DNA of 64,000 bases, from NCBI GenBank assembly GCA_041659325.1, contig JBAZYN010000003.1, positions 7,296 to 71,295 of the forward strand, given 5' to 3'. Position numbers and translations under genes: made by a program. Below the pieces are notes generated by a model that searched no databases, was not told where the DNA came from, and saw nothing but the letters and a program-made list of their open reading frames with translations. Numbering within the stretch: position 1 is the first letter of the stretch; every line of letters begins with the position of its first letter. This stretch comes from Candidatus Shapirobacteria bacterium (GTDB lineage: Bacteria; Patescibacteriota; Microgenomatia; UBA12405). This document shows positions 9,020-18,336 of the stretch, piece by piece.

Positions 9020-9283
9020 ATGAAAACAATTTATAAAAGAATTTGGCCAGATATGTTTGATGGCGACAAAGAGCTTTCGCTTGATTTTCGTTTAGCTGAT
9101 TTTGAACTTGAAGTCGGAGATGAAATTGCTTATCAGGAATGGGACCCGGCAATAAAACAATATACCGGGCGAGAATATAGAAAAATAGTTAAAACATTAG
9201 TTAATTGTGAAAGCCCGACAAGATATTGGACGGTTGAGGAGCTTAATAAACACGGATTGTATCTGATGGAATTTGAACCATGA
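9020..9283 (+). CDS. ASCH/PUA-like small protein (DUF3850-like)
   Basis: 87 aa; KRIW..FDGDKELSLDFRLADFELEVGDEIAYQEWD pattern resembles ASCH-fold DUF3850; TATAAT immediately upstream of ATG. Confidence 0.4.
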   Translation: MKTIYKRIWPDMFDGDKELSLDFRLADFELEVGDEIAYQEWDPAIKQYTGREYRKIVKTLVNCESPTRYWTVEELNKHGLYLMEFEP

Positions 9284-9534
9284 ACCTGACCAATGAAAGT
9301 TATACGATAATTATGGGCACCAAAAATTTTACCGAAAAGTATTTCAAAGACAAATCGGGGTGGCTTAAAATTTCAGCAAAGGGCAAAGAATTTCGAATGA
9401 CGGCCGAACAAGTTCTCAATCATATATTGCCGGCAATAGCGGGGATTAAAAAGAATTTGATAATAAAGGTGGAACACCGGGACAAGATTCAGGGGCTCCC
9501 CTGGCGGGTAGTAATTGGGCAAAAGAACCGATAG
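9280..9534 (+). CDS. hypothetical protein
   Basis: 84 aa; ATGA overlap with upstream gene suggests co-translation. Confidence 0.4.
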   Translation: MNLTNESYTIIMGTKNFTEKYFKDKSGWLKISAKGKEFRMTAEQVLNHILPAIAGIKKNLIIKVEHRDKIQGLPWRVVIGQKNR

Positions 9535-9556
9535 AATAATATTAGGGAAAAACGAG

Positions 9557-10027
9557 ATGAAAAACTTGTCAAAACTTTTTGTTTCGGTGGTTGGTTGTGA
9601 ATTGGTCGGAATTTTGGGGACGCCGTTTACCCTGTCGGCAATCCCGGGATGGTACGCGGGTCTTAACAAACCATCTTTTGCTCCACCCAATTGGCTTTTT
9701 GGACCGGCCTGGACGACTCTGTATTTCTTGATGGGAGTGGCAATTTATCTTGTCTGGAAACAGGGGTGGAAGAAAAATGAAGTCAAAACGGCCGGCAGGT
9801 ATTTTTTGGTACAATTATTTCTTAATTTTATCTGGTCACCGATTTTCTTTGGGTTGAGAGCACCAGTGGCAGGACTAATAGTGATTGTGGCAATGTGGGT
9901 GATGATTGCTATGACCATGAAGAAGTTTTATCCCCTATCCAGGCCGGCGTTTTACTTACTACTACCGTATATTCTTTGGGTCAGTTTCGCCACCATGCTT
10001 AATGCAGGGATTGTATTGTTGAATTAA
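9557..10027 (+). CDS. tspO: TspO/MBR tryptophan-rich sensory protein
   Basis: AGLNKPSFAPPNWLFGPAWTTLYFLMGVAIYLVW and five TM helices; start set at internal ATG (MKNLSKLF) with AGGGA 7 nt upstream and outside the upstream gene. Confidence 0.85.
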   Translation: MKNLSKLFVSVVGCELVGILGTPFTLSAIPGWYAGLNKPSFAPPNWLFGPAWTTLYFLMGVAIYLVWKQGWKKNEVKTAGRYFLVQLFLNFIWSPIFFGLRAPVAGLIVIVAMWVMIAMTMKKFYPLSRPAFYLLLPYILWVSFATMLNAGIVLLN

Positions 10028-10117
10028 GAAGTTTGAGTTGGTACTCGCCACCCCGGACTTGGTTAGGATCTCGATGTGGGGGGGGGCGGCTCGGTTTAGC
10101 GGAATGATATTGGGACT

Positions 10118-10816
10118 CTAATTATCACTATATCCCCAATGCCATGGTTCGAATATTATTCCAAACGTGTTGTTTTTTGGATATGATTGGACGAATCCAA
10201 ATTTTGAGGCATTTTTTTTAAGCCAACGGTATTCAACCGATCGGGCAAAATTTAAAGGTTTTTTATCAGATGGTAAACCGTTTTCAGTGATAACATCTAT
10301 GGCTGGTTTGGTTGATGAACAATGTTCACTATATCCAGGTATGGCCACTCTTTTTGTAGTCATTCCAAAATTGAAACTATATATTTTAAAATAATAAAGA
10401 AAGGTAAGACATTGATAAATCGGTGATCTATAAGCTGAATCTATAAGTAGTTTTTTCTCTAAATCGGTTGAAATGGACTTATTCATTTGGCTATATGCTT
10501 CAAAAACTGACTTTCTTAAATACTGGGTTTCAATGTGGTGGATTTCCCTCCTGAACGTATATTTTTGATTTTTTATGGCCGCTAAATCATTAGGAATCGC
10601 ATCAAGACCTAGATATGGGCCACTAAATCCATATTTGGCCGGATCAATATTAAATATTTCATTAATTAGTTGATTTTCTTTGGCGGTTAATTTCTGGCCG
10701 AGAGTTTGTTTGTCAATTAAAACTATCTGATCAACCATTTCCGATTTAAGTTTTTCAAACTTCTGCAAGATAGATTCGGTCGTTATTTGAACTGATTTAT
10801 CGGACCAGTTGATCAT
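10118..10816 (-). CDS. peptidase M15 family (VanY/D-Ala-D-Ala carboxypeptidase-like)
   Basis: SxHxxGxAxD motif (PGYSEHCSSTKPAIDV) and E-W-H motif (EPWHWGY). Confidence 0.75.
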   Translation of the reverse strand: MINWSDKSVQITTESILQKFEKLKSEMVDQIVLIDKQTLGQKLTAKENQLINEIFNIDPAKYGFSGPYLGLDAIPNDLAAIKNQKYTFRREIHHIETQYLRKSVFEAYSQMNKSISTDLEKKLLIDSAYRSPIYQCLTFLYYFKIYSFNFGMTTKRVAIPGYSEHCSSTKPAIDVITENGLPSDKKPLNFARSVEYRWLKKNASKFGFVQSYPKNNTFGIIFEPWHWGYSDN

Positions 10817-10904
10817 ATTTTCTTAATCTTACTATAAAATACCATGTGTATTGTGGTGCATGCCTGGTGGAATAATTATTCAGAGGTAGAGAGGTTTTAG
10901 AACT

Positions 10905-11156
10905 TTACAATCTAACTTTAACAGGTCCTCCATCTCTTAAGGGACAGCCGGTGGAACTAACAGCCGTGATATTTCGACAGCCCCAAGTAATACCTGCTGC
11001 GATAATGGTATCAACATCAATATCACACCTTGCTCTACCAACACCCTGCTCATATTGTTCGATTTCAACAACTGGGGTTCCTTTAGTCGCATCAACTAGT
11101 CTTTGTTGGATTGCCGGACAACTCCCTCTAATAGCTTCAAGTAATGGATAGCACAT
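10905..11156 (-). CDS. hypothetical Cys-rich small protein (doubtful)
   Basis: 83 aa, 6 Cys; GC-rich; an ORF also open on opposite strand; a 10-G homopolymer lies ~120 nt upstream. Confidence 0.3.
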   Translation of the reverse strand: MCYPLLEAIRGSCPAIQQRLVDATKGTPVVEIEQYEQGVGRARCDIDVDTIIAAGITWGCRNITAVSSTGCPLRDGGPVKVRL

Positions 11157-11295
11157 CTGGTGAAATTTACCCTACATAGTCAAATATGTCAAACAAACTT
11201 AGGGCCTGGACAGTGGTCCCCCGCTCCGCCAATTGGCGGATACGACGAACGAGCGTCTCAATCAGGACTGCGGTGGGGGGGGGGTGTTTAACTTG

Positions 11296-12417
11296 TTATT
11301 CTTTAGTTAAAAGCTGAGGAGTACAAGGCTTAGTGAATAATGTTTCCACCAGTTTGTCTTTATTTGATGTTTTTCGATAAAGGTCAGACAAAAAGTTGAA
11401 AGCTGAATAATAAATCGGCGCATATTTACCAAATATTGGATCAGTGGAGAAATTTATTATTTGACGAATAGTGTCATCAGAAATATAGTACCGGCTGATT
11501 TCTTTTTTTATATCTTCGACACTTCGGTCATCATCATTAAAAAGAAAAGTAGCCAGATTTTGGAGGGCAAAAGTAAGGCGGTCATAATACCAAGTCAGTT
11601 GTTCTTCGAGATTTGATTCGTTGGTAATTTTGAGAAGTACGTAAATTCCTACGGCGATAGCTTCGCTAACAAAAGTCTGAGGACTGAGGTTGATAACCAA
11701 TCCGTGCTCACCGAAACCCTTTTCAGTGAGCAATTTATCTTTATTTGATAGCTCCGAGTGGTGCCCACCATAAACTTCGTGGGAAGCCATGCTGAACAAA
11801 TCGTAGGTACTGAAATGTAAATCAGTGTTTAGTGTTAGTTTTGATTTGAACGGTGCGACATGAGAGTTAAAAGCACCCCACGGTTTATTGATTATGGTTT
11901 CAATAAGAAAGCCTTCATCCGGAAAATCCAAAATACTTGGAGGTAGTTTACTCTTGATGATTTGAATAGCTTTCTCAAAAACTGATTTGTACTCTTCCGG
12001 TTTTACCAAGTTTTTGATGTAAACCTCTTGACGAGAGAGACCAATTTTGGTTTCTAAGTCTCTAATCTTGTCTTCGAGAGTTCGGATATCTTTTTCCGCG
12101 ATTCTTGTAATCTTGTGGCCAAATGTTTGTTCGGAAATCTGCTCATATGGCAGTTTCCTGCCAAAATTATTTATTTGAAATTCCAGACTTTTTATAATTT
12201 CATTGAGATATCGCTTTCTTCTTTCGTCCGGAATACCATCAACGAGAGACCTGGTTTGATTAATTAATCCATCGACATTATTTTGATCCGGAAGATTTTT
12301 TTTAAGGCGAGACAATAAATCATTATCGACCCAAGTTTCGGAAACCATACCAGGAATTAGTTTTTCCAGGTATAATGCAATCTTAAAAATGTTTTCACTA
12401 ACGAGGTCAATTATCAT
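11296..12417 (-). CDS. hypothetical protein (possible metal-binding HEVYGGHH motif)
   Basis: 373 aa cytoplasmic; promoter-like TGATAGAAT ends 6 nt before ATG. Confidence 0.5.
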   Translation of the reverse strand: MIIDLVSENIFKIALYLEKLIPGMVSETWVDNDLLSRLKKNLPDQNNVDGLINQTRSLVDGIPDERRKRYLNEIIKSLEFQINNFGRKLPYEQISEQTFGHKITRIAEKDIRTLEDKIRDLETKIGLSRQEVYIKNLVKPEEYKSVFEKAIQIIKSKLPPSILDFPDEGFLIETIINKPWGAFNSHVAPFKSKLTLNTDLHFSTYDLFSMASHEVYGGHHSELSNKDKLLTEKGFGEHGLVINLSPQTFVSEAIAVGIYVLLKITNESNLEEQLTWYYDRLTFALQNLATFLFNDDDRSVEDIKKEISRYYISDDTIRQIINFSTDPIFGKYAPIYYSAFNFLSDLYRKTSNKDKLVETLFTKPCTPQLLTKE

Positions 12418-12450
12418 TGACCAATTCTATCAAAAGTTCCAGAGTCTATG
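12418..12450 (-). promoter_or_regulatory. promoter-like motif CTGGAACTTTTGATAGAAT ending 6 nt before ATG (leaderless architecture)
   Basis: Same motif upstream of 14937 (..GGAACTTTTGTATAAT N7 ATG) and 18175 (..GGAACTTTTGTTACAAT N6 GTG); AACTTTGATAAAAT / AACTTTTGATAGACT variants before 56960 and 39742. Confidence 0.55.
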
Positions 12451-12596
12451 ACGGCGGACAAGGAAGGCGAGAACCAATTTCAGGTTCAAGTCGACGTTGC
12501 CGGGATAACAGAACGGTTCTAGGGCTACTAAAACCATGAGTTTGTATGTTGCGCGGGGGGAGAATAATCAGGGTAATGTTCTGTGTATAATCACCT

Positions 12597-13619
12597 ATGT
12601 TGAGAGACGAAGAAATAATTGAAGAATTAAAGATTCGGTGGAGAGAAGTAGATGATACTCAGCCCAGGAAATTCGACAGACTAAGTGGCGGAATGAACAA
12701 TCATTTGTATCAAGTAACTAATACCGAGAATACCCGGTATTTGCTCAAAATATACGTTGTTGACGAAACTGATCGCCTAAGCCGGGAGTTTAAGGCCTGT
12801 AGTTATCTGTGGCTACACAATTTTCCCGTACCGAAACCAATATTTAAAAATGATATTAAAAACTATGCCATCTATACATTTGCAGAAGGCGGCCCTAAAA
12901 AAGCACAAATGGTAACAAAGGATGATATTGATAAGATGGTAGATTTTTTAACCGCTCTTGAAAATTGCCGACCAGATTATTATTTTTTTGATAAAAGCGC
13001 CTCGTCTTTTACCCGCCTATCTGATTACGTTAACTATGTAGAAAAGCGGCTAGATACGTTAAAGACATCATTAATAAACGATGCAATTGATGATAGAGTC
13101 GACGAATTTTTGAAGAGAACTAAACTAATTACGTTTATTGAGGATGAAAAAAGAAAAATATGTTCCTCAATATATAGTGATGAGTGGAACAGAGAACTTA
13201 ATATCGATCAACAGGTATTATCTCCTTTAGATTTTGGCCCTCACAATGCCCTGTTTGCTGCGGATGGAAACGTAACTTTTATTGATTTTGAGAAATTTGG
13301 TTGGGACGATCCGACTCATGTGGTCGTATCGTTTGTGAACCATATTCAAACCATAGGACTGAGGTATGAATATAAACAGTATTTTTTGAAAAAATACTTT
13401 GAGAAATCCAGTTACTCTGGGCTAGTTAAGGAACGATTGCCCAAAATAATTCAAATTGACCGTCTAGGATGGATTGCTTTTTTGGCCAACACCCTCACTC
13501 CTGACCGACTCCGCCACTATTTGGATGCTCAGCCTCAATTGGGCAAGGACGAGTATGTGGAGAGGCAGCTTTATGAAATTGAAATAATGTTAGGCGAATT
13601 GGCAAAAAAGCTCGATTAA
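12597..13619 (+). CDS. phosphotransferase-family kinase (APH/choline-kinase-like)
   Basis: Brenner-type catalytic loop DFGPHNALF and IDFEKFGWDDP; 340 aa. Confidence 0.7.
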   Translation: MLRDEEIIEELKIRWREVDDTQPRKFDRLSGGMNNHLYQVTNTENTRYLLKIYVVDETDRLSREFKACSYLWLHNFPVPKPIFKNDIKNYAIYTFAEGGPKKAQMVTKDDIDKMVDFLTALENCRPDYYFFDKSASSFTRLSDYVNYVEKRLDTLKTSLINDAIDDRVDEFLKRTKLITFIEDEKRKICSSIYSDEWNRELNIDQQVLSPLDFGPHNALFAADGNVTFIDFEKFGWDDPTHVVVSFVNHIQTIGLRYEYKQYFLKKYFEKSSYSGLVKERLPKIIQIDRLGWIAFLANTLTPDRLRHYLDAQPQLGKDEYVERQLYEIEIMLGELAKKLD

Positions 13620-13737
13620 ATTACTTTTAAGTAAGAAAAAGTGAAAGTTGGGACTTAGTGTTGAGTAAGCGGTAGCTTTCGTTCATAAAAATATTACCTT
13701 CCGCCCCGGACTCAATCATGAGGGCGGCGGGCAGGAA

Positions 13738-14163
13738 TCAATATCTTAATAATCCGTGGTGAGCAATTAGTTTCCAATCACCATTAATTTTTGAATAAGT
13801 TTTGCCTGCTCTTCCAAACCACTTGGTTTGAATACCGTCTTTGTTTTCCCAGACAGTATCAACATCAACGACAGCAAAGGCACCATCACCCTCTTTTGAT
13901 ATTTTTATGTCTACAACTTTTCTTTCGTTTTTTACTATCTCGTTTTCACTAAACATTTTTCTATACACTTCTTTCCATCTCTCGTAATTGAATTTACCTA
14001 ATGGTAATTTCCAATCAATTGGATTTTGAGAATTATTGTCATTCGGCCAGACCCAAACCATATCGGGGTGAAAAATTGAAAGTAATAGTTCAACGTCTTT
14101 GGTATCCCATGCCCTCGTTTCCCGATCAACTATTTCCCTTATTTCTTGTTTTTGAGGGTCCAT
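13738..14163 (-). CDS. SnoaL-like / NTF2-like (DUF4440) protein
   Basis: 141 aa, pattern REIVDRETRAWDTKDVELLLSIFHPDMVWV typical of NTF2-like fold. Confidence 0.55.
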   Translation of the reverse strand: MDPQKQEIREIVDRETRAWDTKDVELLLSIFHPDMVWVWPNDNNSQNPIDWKLPLGKFNYERWKEVYRKMFSENEIVKNERKVVDIKISKEGDGAFAVVDVDTVWENKDGIQTKWFGRAGKTYSKINGDWKLIAHHGLLRY

Positions 14164-14286
14164 AAATAATTATACAAAAGTTTTCTAACCTAGGGTGGGA
14201 TGTGAAAAGCTTGGACCTATTGTTGGTTTTGCTAACAGGTTTGAGTCTGGTTGACTCCGCCAATTGGGAAAAGCGGGCGAATTTAT

Positions 14287-14937
14287 CTATTCTTTCGCCA
14301 AGTGCTGAGTAAATCCCCTCTTGACCAATTCCCCATAAGCCGCCCACACTTCCGGGGGAATATCCTGGGGGATTTGAAAACCTTTTTGGGGGTAAATTTT
14401 TATTCTTTGGGTGTACCCAACCATTAGGTTGATTAATAAGTTTTTGGAAATAGTTTCGTTTGGATAGACCTCGTATGATATTTGTGGGGCAGCAACCATA
14501 AACTCCATTTCCGGCCATTGTTTTTTGAGAGTAGCATAGGCTCTTCTTTGCATATATGGCTTCTGAACTGAAATAATTGATTTGATATCCAGTCCTTTTT
14601 CTTTGATTAGCTTTTTTGTAAAGATAATGTTTTCGCCGGTGTTGGTTGACTGATTTTCAATATGTATTTTATCTTTTGGGACGCCTAATCTGACCGCTTC
14701 GTTTGCAAATATATCGGCTTCGGGTTTACTAAAAAGTTGCCTGGTTAGATCTCCGTAGCCACCGGAAAATATGATGAGCGGGGCGAAACCTGAGAGAAAC
14801 AATTCGGCAGCCCGATGGGCAACACGGATATCGTTGCTGCCTAAACCCAAGATACAGTCGGATTTTTTGAGAGTATGCTGGAGATTATTGTAGTCCCACA
14901 AAATTTTTGCCAATCGGTCGTCTGTATAATCTTTCAT
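14287..14937 (-). CDS. DUF218/YdcF-family protein
   Basis: ILGLGSNDIRVAHRAAELFLSGFAPLIIFSGG matches the DUF218 core; TATAAT 7 nt before ATG. Confidence 0.65.
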   Translation of the reverse strand: MKDYTDDRLAKILWDYNNLQHTLKKSDCILGLGSNDIRVAHRAAELFLSGFAPLIIFSGGYGDLTRQLFSKPEADIFANEAVRLGVPKDKIHIENQSTNTGENIIFTKKLIKEKGLDIKSIISVQKPYMQRRAYATLKKQWPEMEFMVAAPQISYEVYPNETISKNLLINLMVGYTQRIKIYPQKGFQIPQDIPPEVWAAYGELVKRGFTQHLAKE

Positions 14938-15023
14938 AAGTCAGATTATACAAAAGTTCCAGGCTATCTCCCATGGATACAAATTAATGCCAAAAAGGCT
15001 TGATTGGATAGCCAAACGGTTTT

Positions 15024-15917
15024 TTAAAACTTGTTTTTCTTCAGCCAACCAATTAAATATTCCGATAACTCTGCCTCACGATTATCATAAGTATGGGAGG
15101 CACCGGGAAGAATGAACCTTTCAAACGAGGGAATATTAATCGCCTTTTCTTTTAGTAAACTTAAATCATCTTCAATACTCCGGACAACGATATCATCATG
15201 TTCACCAACTATCGCCAGGGCAGGGACTTTGATCGACTCTAATTCGGGAAATGACTTGGGGTTTCTCATTAGCGGTAAATTATCGGCAGGACAACCGTCT
15301 ACAAATAAATCAAGAAAGGTCTGAGAACTTAGGTTATACCAGTTCCACAGCATAGGAGTTAATAATTTTCGGGGATTGCCTTCGGCTATATTTTTTTTCG
15401 CTTCGTTGACCAATTGTTGATATATCTTTGATTCCCCTGATTCCTTAGCGTTTGCAACCATGTCGGGCGGTGATAAAAGGATTACTCCCGCTAAATTCTT
15501 TGGATTCTTTTTGTAGATATAATGAGTTACTTTATTGCAACCCAATGAGTGTCCCATTAGGATAATTTTCTTGTAACCAAGCTCCGTCATATGTCTGTAC
15601 CAAGCGTCAATATCATACACAGAATCTTCGAATCTTTCATACACCGCTCCGACTCTAACTGACTTGAAAGCGTTTTGTTCATTCATCTCTCTGACGACAA
15701 TGTCGTTTATATGGTTATAACCGCGATTATGAGAAAAAACGCAACCGAAACCATTTTTTTGCAACGCCCGTCCCACTACATTTCCCCAGTAGTTTTCAAT
15801 TATGTTTCCGGACATTCCGTGGACAATTAGGACGCCGACCCGTTTGTTGCCGGATTCATAGTGATTACCGGCCAACCTTAGATTATCTTTAGTCCAAACG
15901 TAAACTATGTCGTTCAT
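15024..15917 (-). CDS. alpha/beta-fold hydrolase
   Basis: Nucleophile elbow GHSLGC, HGMSGN oxyanion region, C-terminal His (GASHTYD). Confidence 0.75.
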   Translation of the reverse strand: MNDIVYVWTKDNLRLAGNHYESGNKRVGVLIVHGMSGNIIENYWGNVVGRALQKNGFGCVFSHNRGYNHINDIVVREMNEQNAFKSVRVGAVYERFEDSVYDIDAWYRHMTELGYKKIILMGHSLGCNKVTHYIYKKNPKNLAGVILLSPPDMVANAKESGESKIYQQLVNEAKKNIAEGNPRKLLTPMLWNWYNLSSQTFLDLFVDGCPADNLPLMRNPKSFPELESIKVPALAIVGEHDDIVVRSIEDDLSLLKEKAINIPSFERFILPGASHTYDNREAELSEYLIGWLKKNKF

Positions 15918-16004
15918 TGCTTTATGATATCACCGGTATGCAGGATTGAGATTAGCATCGGATTCTCCAACTGCTTTGGAATTAACAGGACTGTGTGTGG
16001 GTTA

Positions 16005-16037
16005 CAAAACAACCCACCGAAGTGGTGGGTTGTTGTT
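16005..16037 (-). terminator. stem-loop terminator downstream of secreted-protein gene
   Basis: caaaacaacccacc-gaagt-ggtgggttgttg, 11-bp stem, followed by TTGT on minus strand. Confidence 0.45.
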
Positions 16038-16051
16038 GCTACTGATATAAA

Positions 16052-16999
16052 TTACCAGTTTCCAAGACCAGCCCGAACCGGGCTTTTGTATATTTGACTT
16101 TGATCACCTGAACAGGTGTCATTAGAAACCTCCTGAATCATGGCGAATTCGCCCCAGATATCCGGACCGATTTCTTGACCTTCTGGTGTGTACCAGACAC
16201 CGTCAGTATTTATTGCGTTGGCGGGCACGGCGACAACCTTTACAAAATAGTTCCAGGTACAGGTTTCATAGACTGCTGGCTCTACCCCTGTGGCAGTCCA
16301 TGTTAAATTGTTGCCATGACTATCTGCGAAGGAACCATCAACCAAACCCGTTTCGCTTATGGTAGCCTGGAAGTCTCCTGTGTAAAGGATCGGAGCCCTG
16401 TCGTAATGTAGGGTTAGGGTATTTCCTGTTACATTGCCTCCTAATGTCCCCCCGTATTCAAATTGTGAAGTTGCGGGGTTTAGCCACCAAAACTCACCGG
16501 TAACATTGCCGGATTCGTCCTGGACCAGATTTCGAAACTGACGGTTATCTGTCCCTCCGGCGAAGTCTAGTAGCCAAGTTCCGGCAACATTCCAGGACAC
16601 AATTTGACCCTGATATGTGCCAGACTGATGGTTGGTTAACCAGGCACCAGAACCGATATATGAATCATGTCCATAATGTCTGTCAAGTAATTTATCACCA
16701 TCACAATCTTTATTGGATAGCCAGGCATCATTCCATTTCATAATTAAATTGTCTTCTGCCCACTCTTGACACCAAGCAGCGTCTTGATATACATCACAAA
16801 AACCGCCGCTGAATAGGTGCCCCTGATAGTTGTATCCCCACTCGTCAAAGCCAGTAGTGATGACCTCTCCCGCAGAGTCTACAAGTGTACCCGACTGAAT
16901 GGTGGTACAAGTGTCCTTTGCTGGTTTTGCTGCTAATGCAGGACTGGCGGCAAAGGCTAGTGCAGCAACGGAAATAAATAATGAAAGAAGTCGTTTCAT
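16052..16999 (-). CDS. secreted protein of unknown function (GC-rich, Cys-containing)
   Basis: Start set at internal Met giving signal peptide MKRLLSLFISVAALAFAASPALA; ~50% GC versus ~40% flanks; followed by 11-bp-stem hairpin terminator. Confidence 0.55.
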   Translation of the reverse strand: MKRLLSLFISVAALAFAASPALAAKPAKDTCTTIQSGTLVDSAGEVITTGFDEWGYNYQGHLFSGGFCDVYQDAAWCQEWAEDNLIMKWNDAWLSNKDCDGDKLLDRHYGHDSYIGSGAWLTNHQSGTYQGQIVSWNVAGTWLLDFAGGTDNRQFRNLVQDESGNVTGEFWWLNPATSQFEYGGTLGGNVTGNTLTLHYDRAPILYTGDFQATISETGLVDGSFADSHGNNLTWTATGVEPAVYETCTWNYFVKVVAVPANAINTDGVWYTPEGQEIGPDIWGEFAMIQEVSNDTCSGDQSQIYKSPVRAGLGNW

Positions 17000-17286
17000 A
17001 CTCAATACTCCTTGTGAAAAATATAACTGGTCTAGTTTATTTATAGGCTTTGGGGAGTCAATGTCAAGCTGCCTAAAAAACTTGTTTATCCGTATCCTTT
17101 GTGTATATTTTATTTCAAGTAAAAGGTCAATTCCTACGAGAACTTTTATCAATTTCTGCGAGGAACTGGGTATTTTGTTTCGGATATGACTTTGCCGGAA
17201 AATTTAAGTAATTATAATTCCGAAAGATAGAACGATTTTTTTAACTGCTTTGTTAGACCATGCTTGATGGACGGCGGGTGATATGG

Positions 17287-17724
17287 TTATAAGTCAAACC
17301 TAAACATATTTTCAGTATACCTGCCGCCATTTTTTTCATAAAATTTATGAGATTGGTGCAAGTTTTTGTCACTGTCAAGCTTAATTACTTTAATATTTCT
17401 GTTTTGGCAGTACTCTTTTATTGCTTCAAATATTTTGGTTCCAACTCCTTTTCCCCGATACGACTTGGTAGTAAAGAAATCTTCGATATGCCCCCGGTGC
17501 CAGCCATGCCGGATATTGGGTAGTAAATAAAATGTAGCTAAACCTACTAATTTCCCCCCATCTTCGGCGACGAAAATCTTGGTGTCGTCTCCGACGATGA
17601 TTTCGTCAAATATTTCTCCACCGATTTGAGAAGGAATATCTTTTGCCTTAAATAAGACGGAAAATTCATCAAATAAACTTAGAACTTGTTGTTTATCTGC
17701 GATAGTTGCCAGTCGTACCTTCAC
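17287..17724 (-). CDS. GNAT-family N-acetyltransferase
   Basis: RGKGVGTKIFEAIKEY acetyl-CoA binding motif; GTG start with TATAAT ending 6 nt upstream. Confidence 0.8.
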   Translation of the reverse strand: MKVRLATIADKQQVLSLFDEFSVLFKAKDIPSQIGGEIFDEIIVGDDTKIFVAEDGGKLVGLATFYLLPNIRHGWHRGHIEDFFTTKSYRGKGVGTKIFEAIKEYCQNRNIKVIKLDSDKNLHQSHKFYEKNGGRYTENMFRFDL

Positions 17725-17842
17725 AATAAGATTATACCGGAGTTTTTATAAAGAGCTCGTTTAGGGTTTTCTCCCCCGACAGATAGCGGATACGAAGGAC
17801 TAACGGCTCAATTAGGACGGTTATTGAAAGTAAACTATTACT

Positions 17843-18175
17843 CTATTTTGATTTAAAAACTTTCTTTGAAACACTACCAGTAAAAAGCCTAAATGCCAAT
17901 CGTTTTTCTTTTTCGTAAACATAAGGAATTCCCAATAACTGTTTGCAATTTGGGCAAGTAAGTTGTGAAATTTTTTTTAGCGGTAATTTATCTAAACCAG
18001 AGTATAAATTTGATTCAATAATTCTATCCAAATATATTCTCTTCAAAATTCCTATACCATCTTTTTGATAATAGAATAAATGAACACCACATTTTCCGCA
18101 TTGAATATCCAAAAGTCTAGAATGTCCGCCACGAGATTTTTTATATTTATCACTCTTAAATTTTATTTCGACCAC
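17843..18175 (-). CDS. zinc-ribbon protein (CxxC...CxxC), unknown function
   Basis: CGKCG and CPNC pairs; start moved to GTG (VVEIKFK) because TGTTACAAT ends 6 nt upstream; the ORF-track extension overlaps the promoter motif. Confidence 0.4.
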   Translation of the reverse strand: MVEIKFKSDKYKKSRGGHSRLLDIQCGKCGVHLFYYQKDGIGILKRIYLDRIIESNLYSGLDKLPLKKISQLTCPNCKQLLGIPYVYEKEKRLAFRLFTGSVSKKVFKSK

Positions 18176-18336
18176 TGTCCAATTGTAACAAAAGTTCCAA
18201 AGTCCAAGACAGAGCGAGATTGTAGGTGGAAGCACAGGGAAGGGTAACGATGGATTATGAACAGGCAGATATGACTGAAGTGTCGTCAGTCACCGGGGGG
18301 GCAACATTGTTCTAAATTGGCAGTTTTTAAATTCCG

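Noticed and set aside
10951-11151. 66-aa plus-strand ORF opposite the Cys-rich ORF
   Set aside because: Both strands are open in this GC-rich patch, so coding status of either is uncertain. I listed only the minus-strand one, at low confidence.
12440-12470. Possible sigma-54 promoter (TGGAAC-N5-TTACA resembles TGGCAC-N5-TTGCA)
   Set aside because: The -24 GG is present but the -12 GC is not. The same sequence fits an extended -10 box better, and the start codon is only 6 nt downstream.
14126-14518. 130-aa ORF overlapping DUF218 gene and SnoaL gene
   Set aside because: Alternative frame of a conserved gene; the DUF218 product explains the region.
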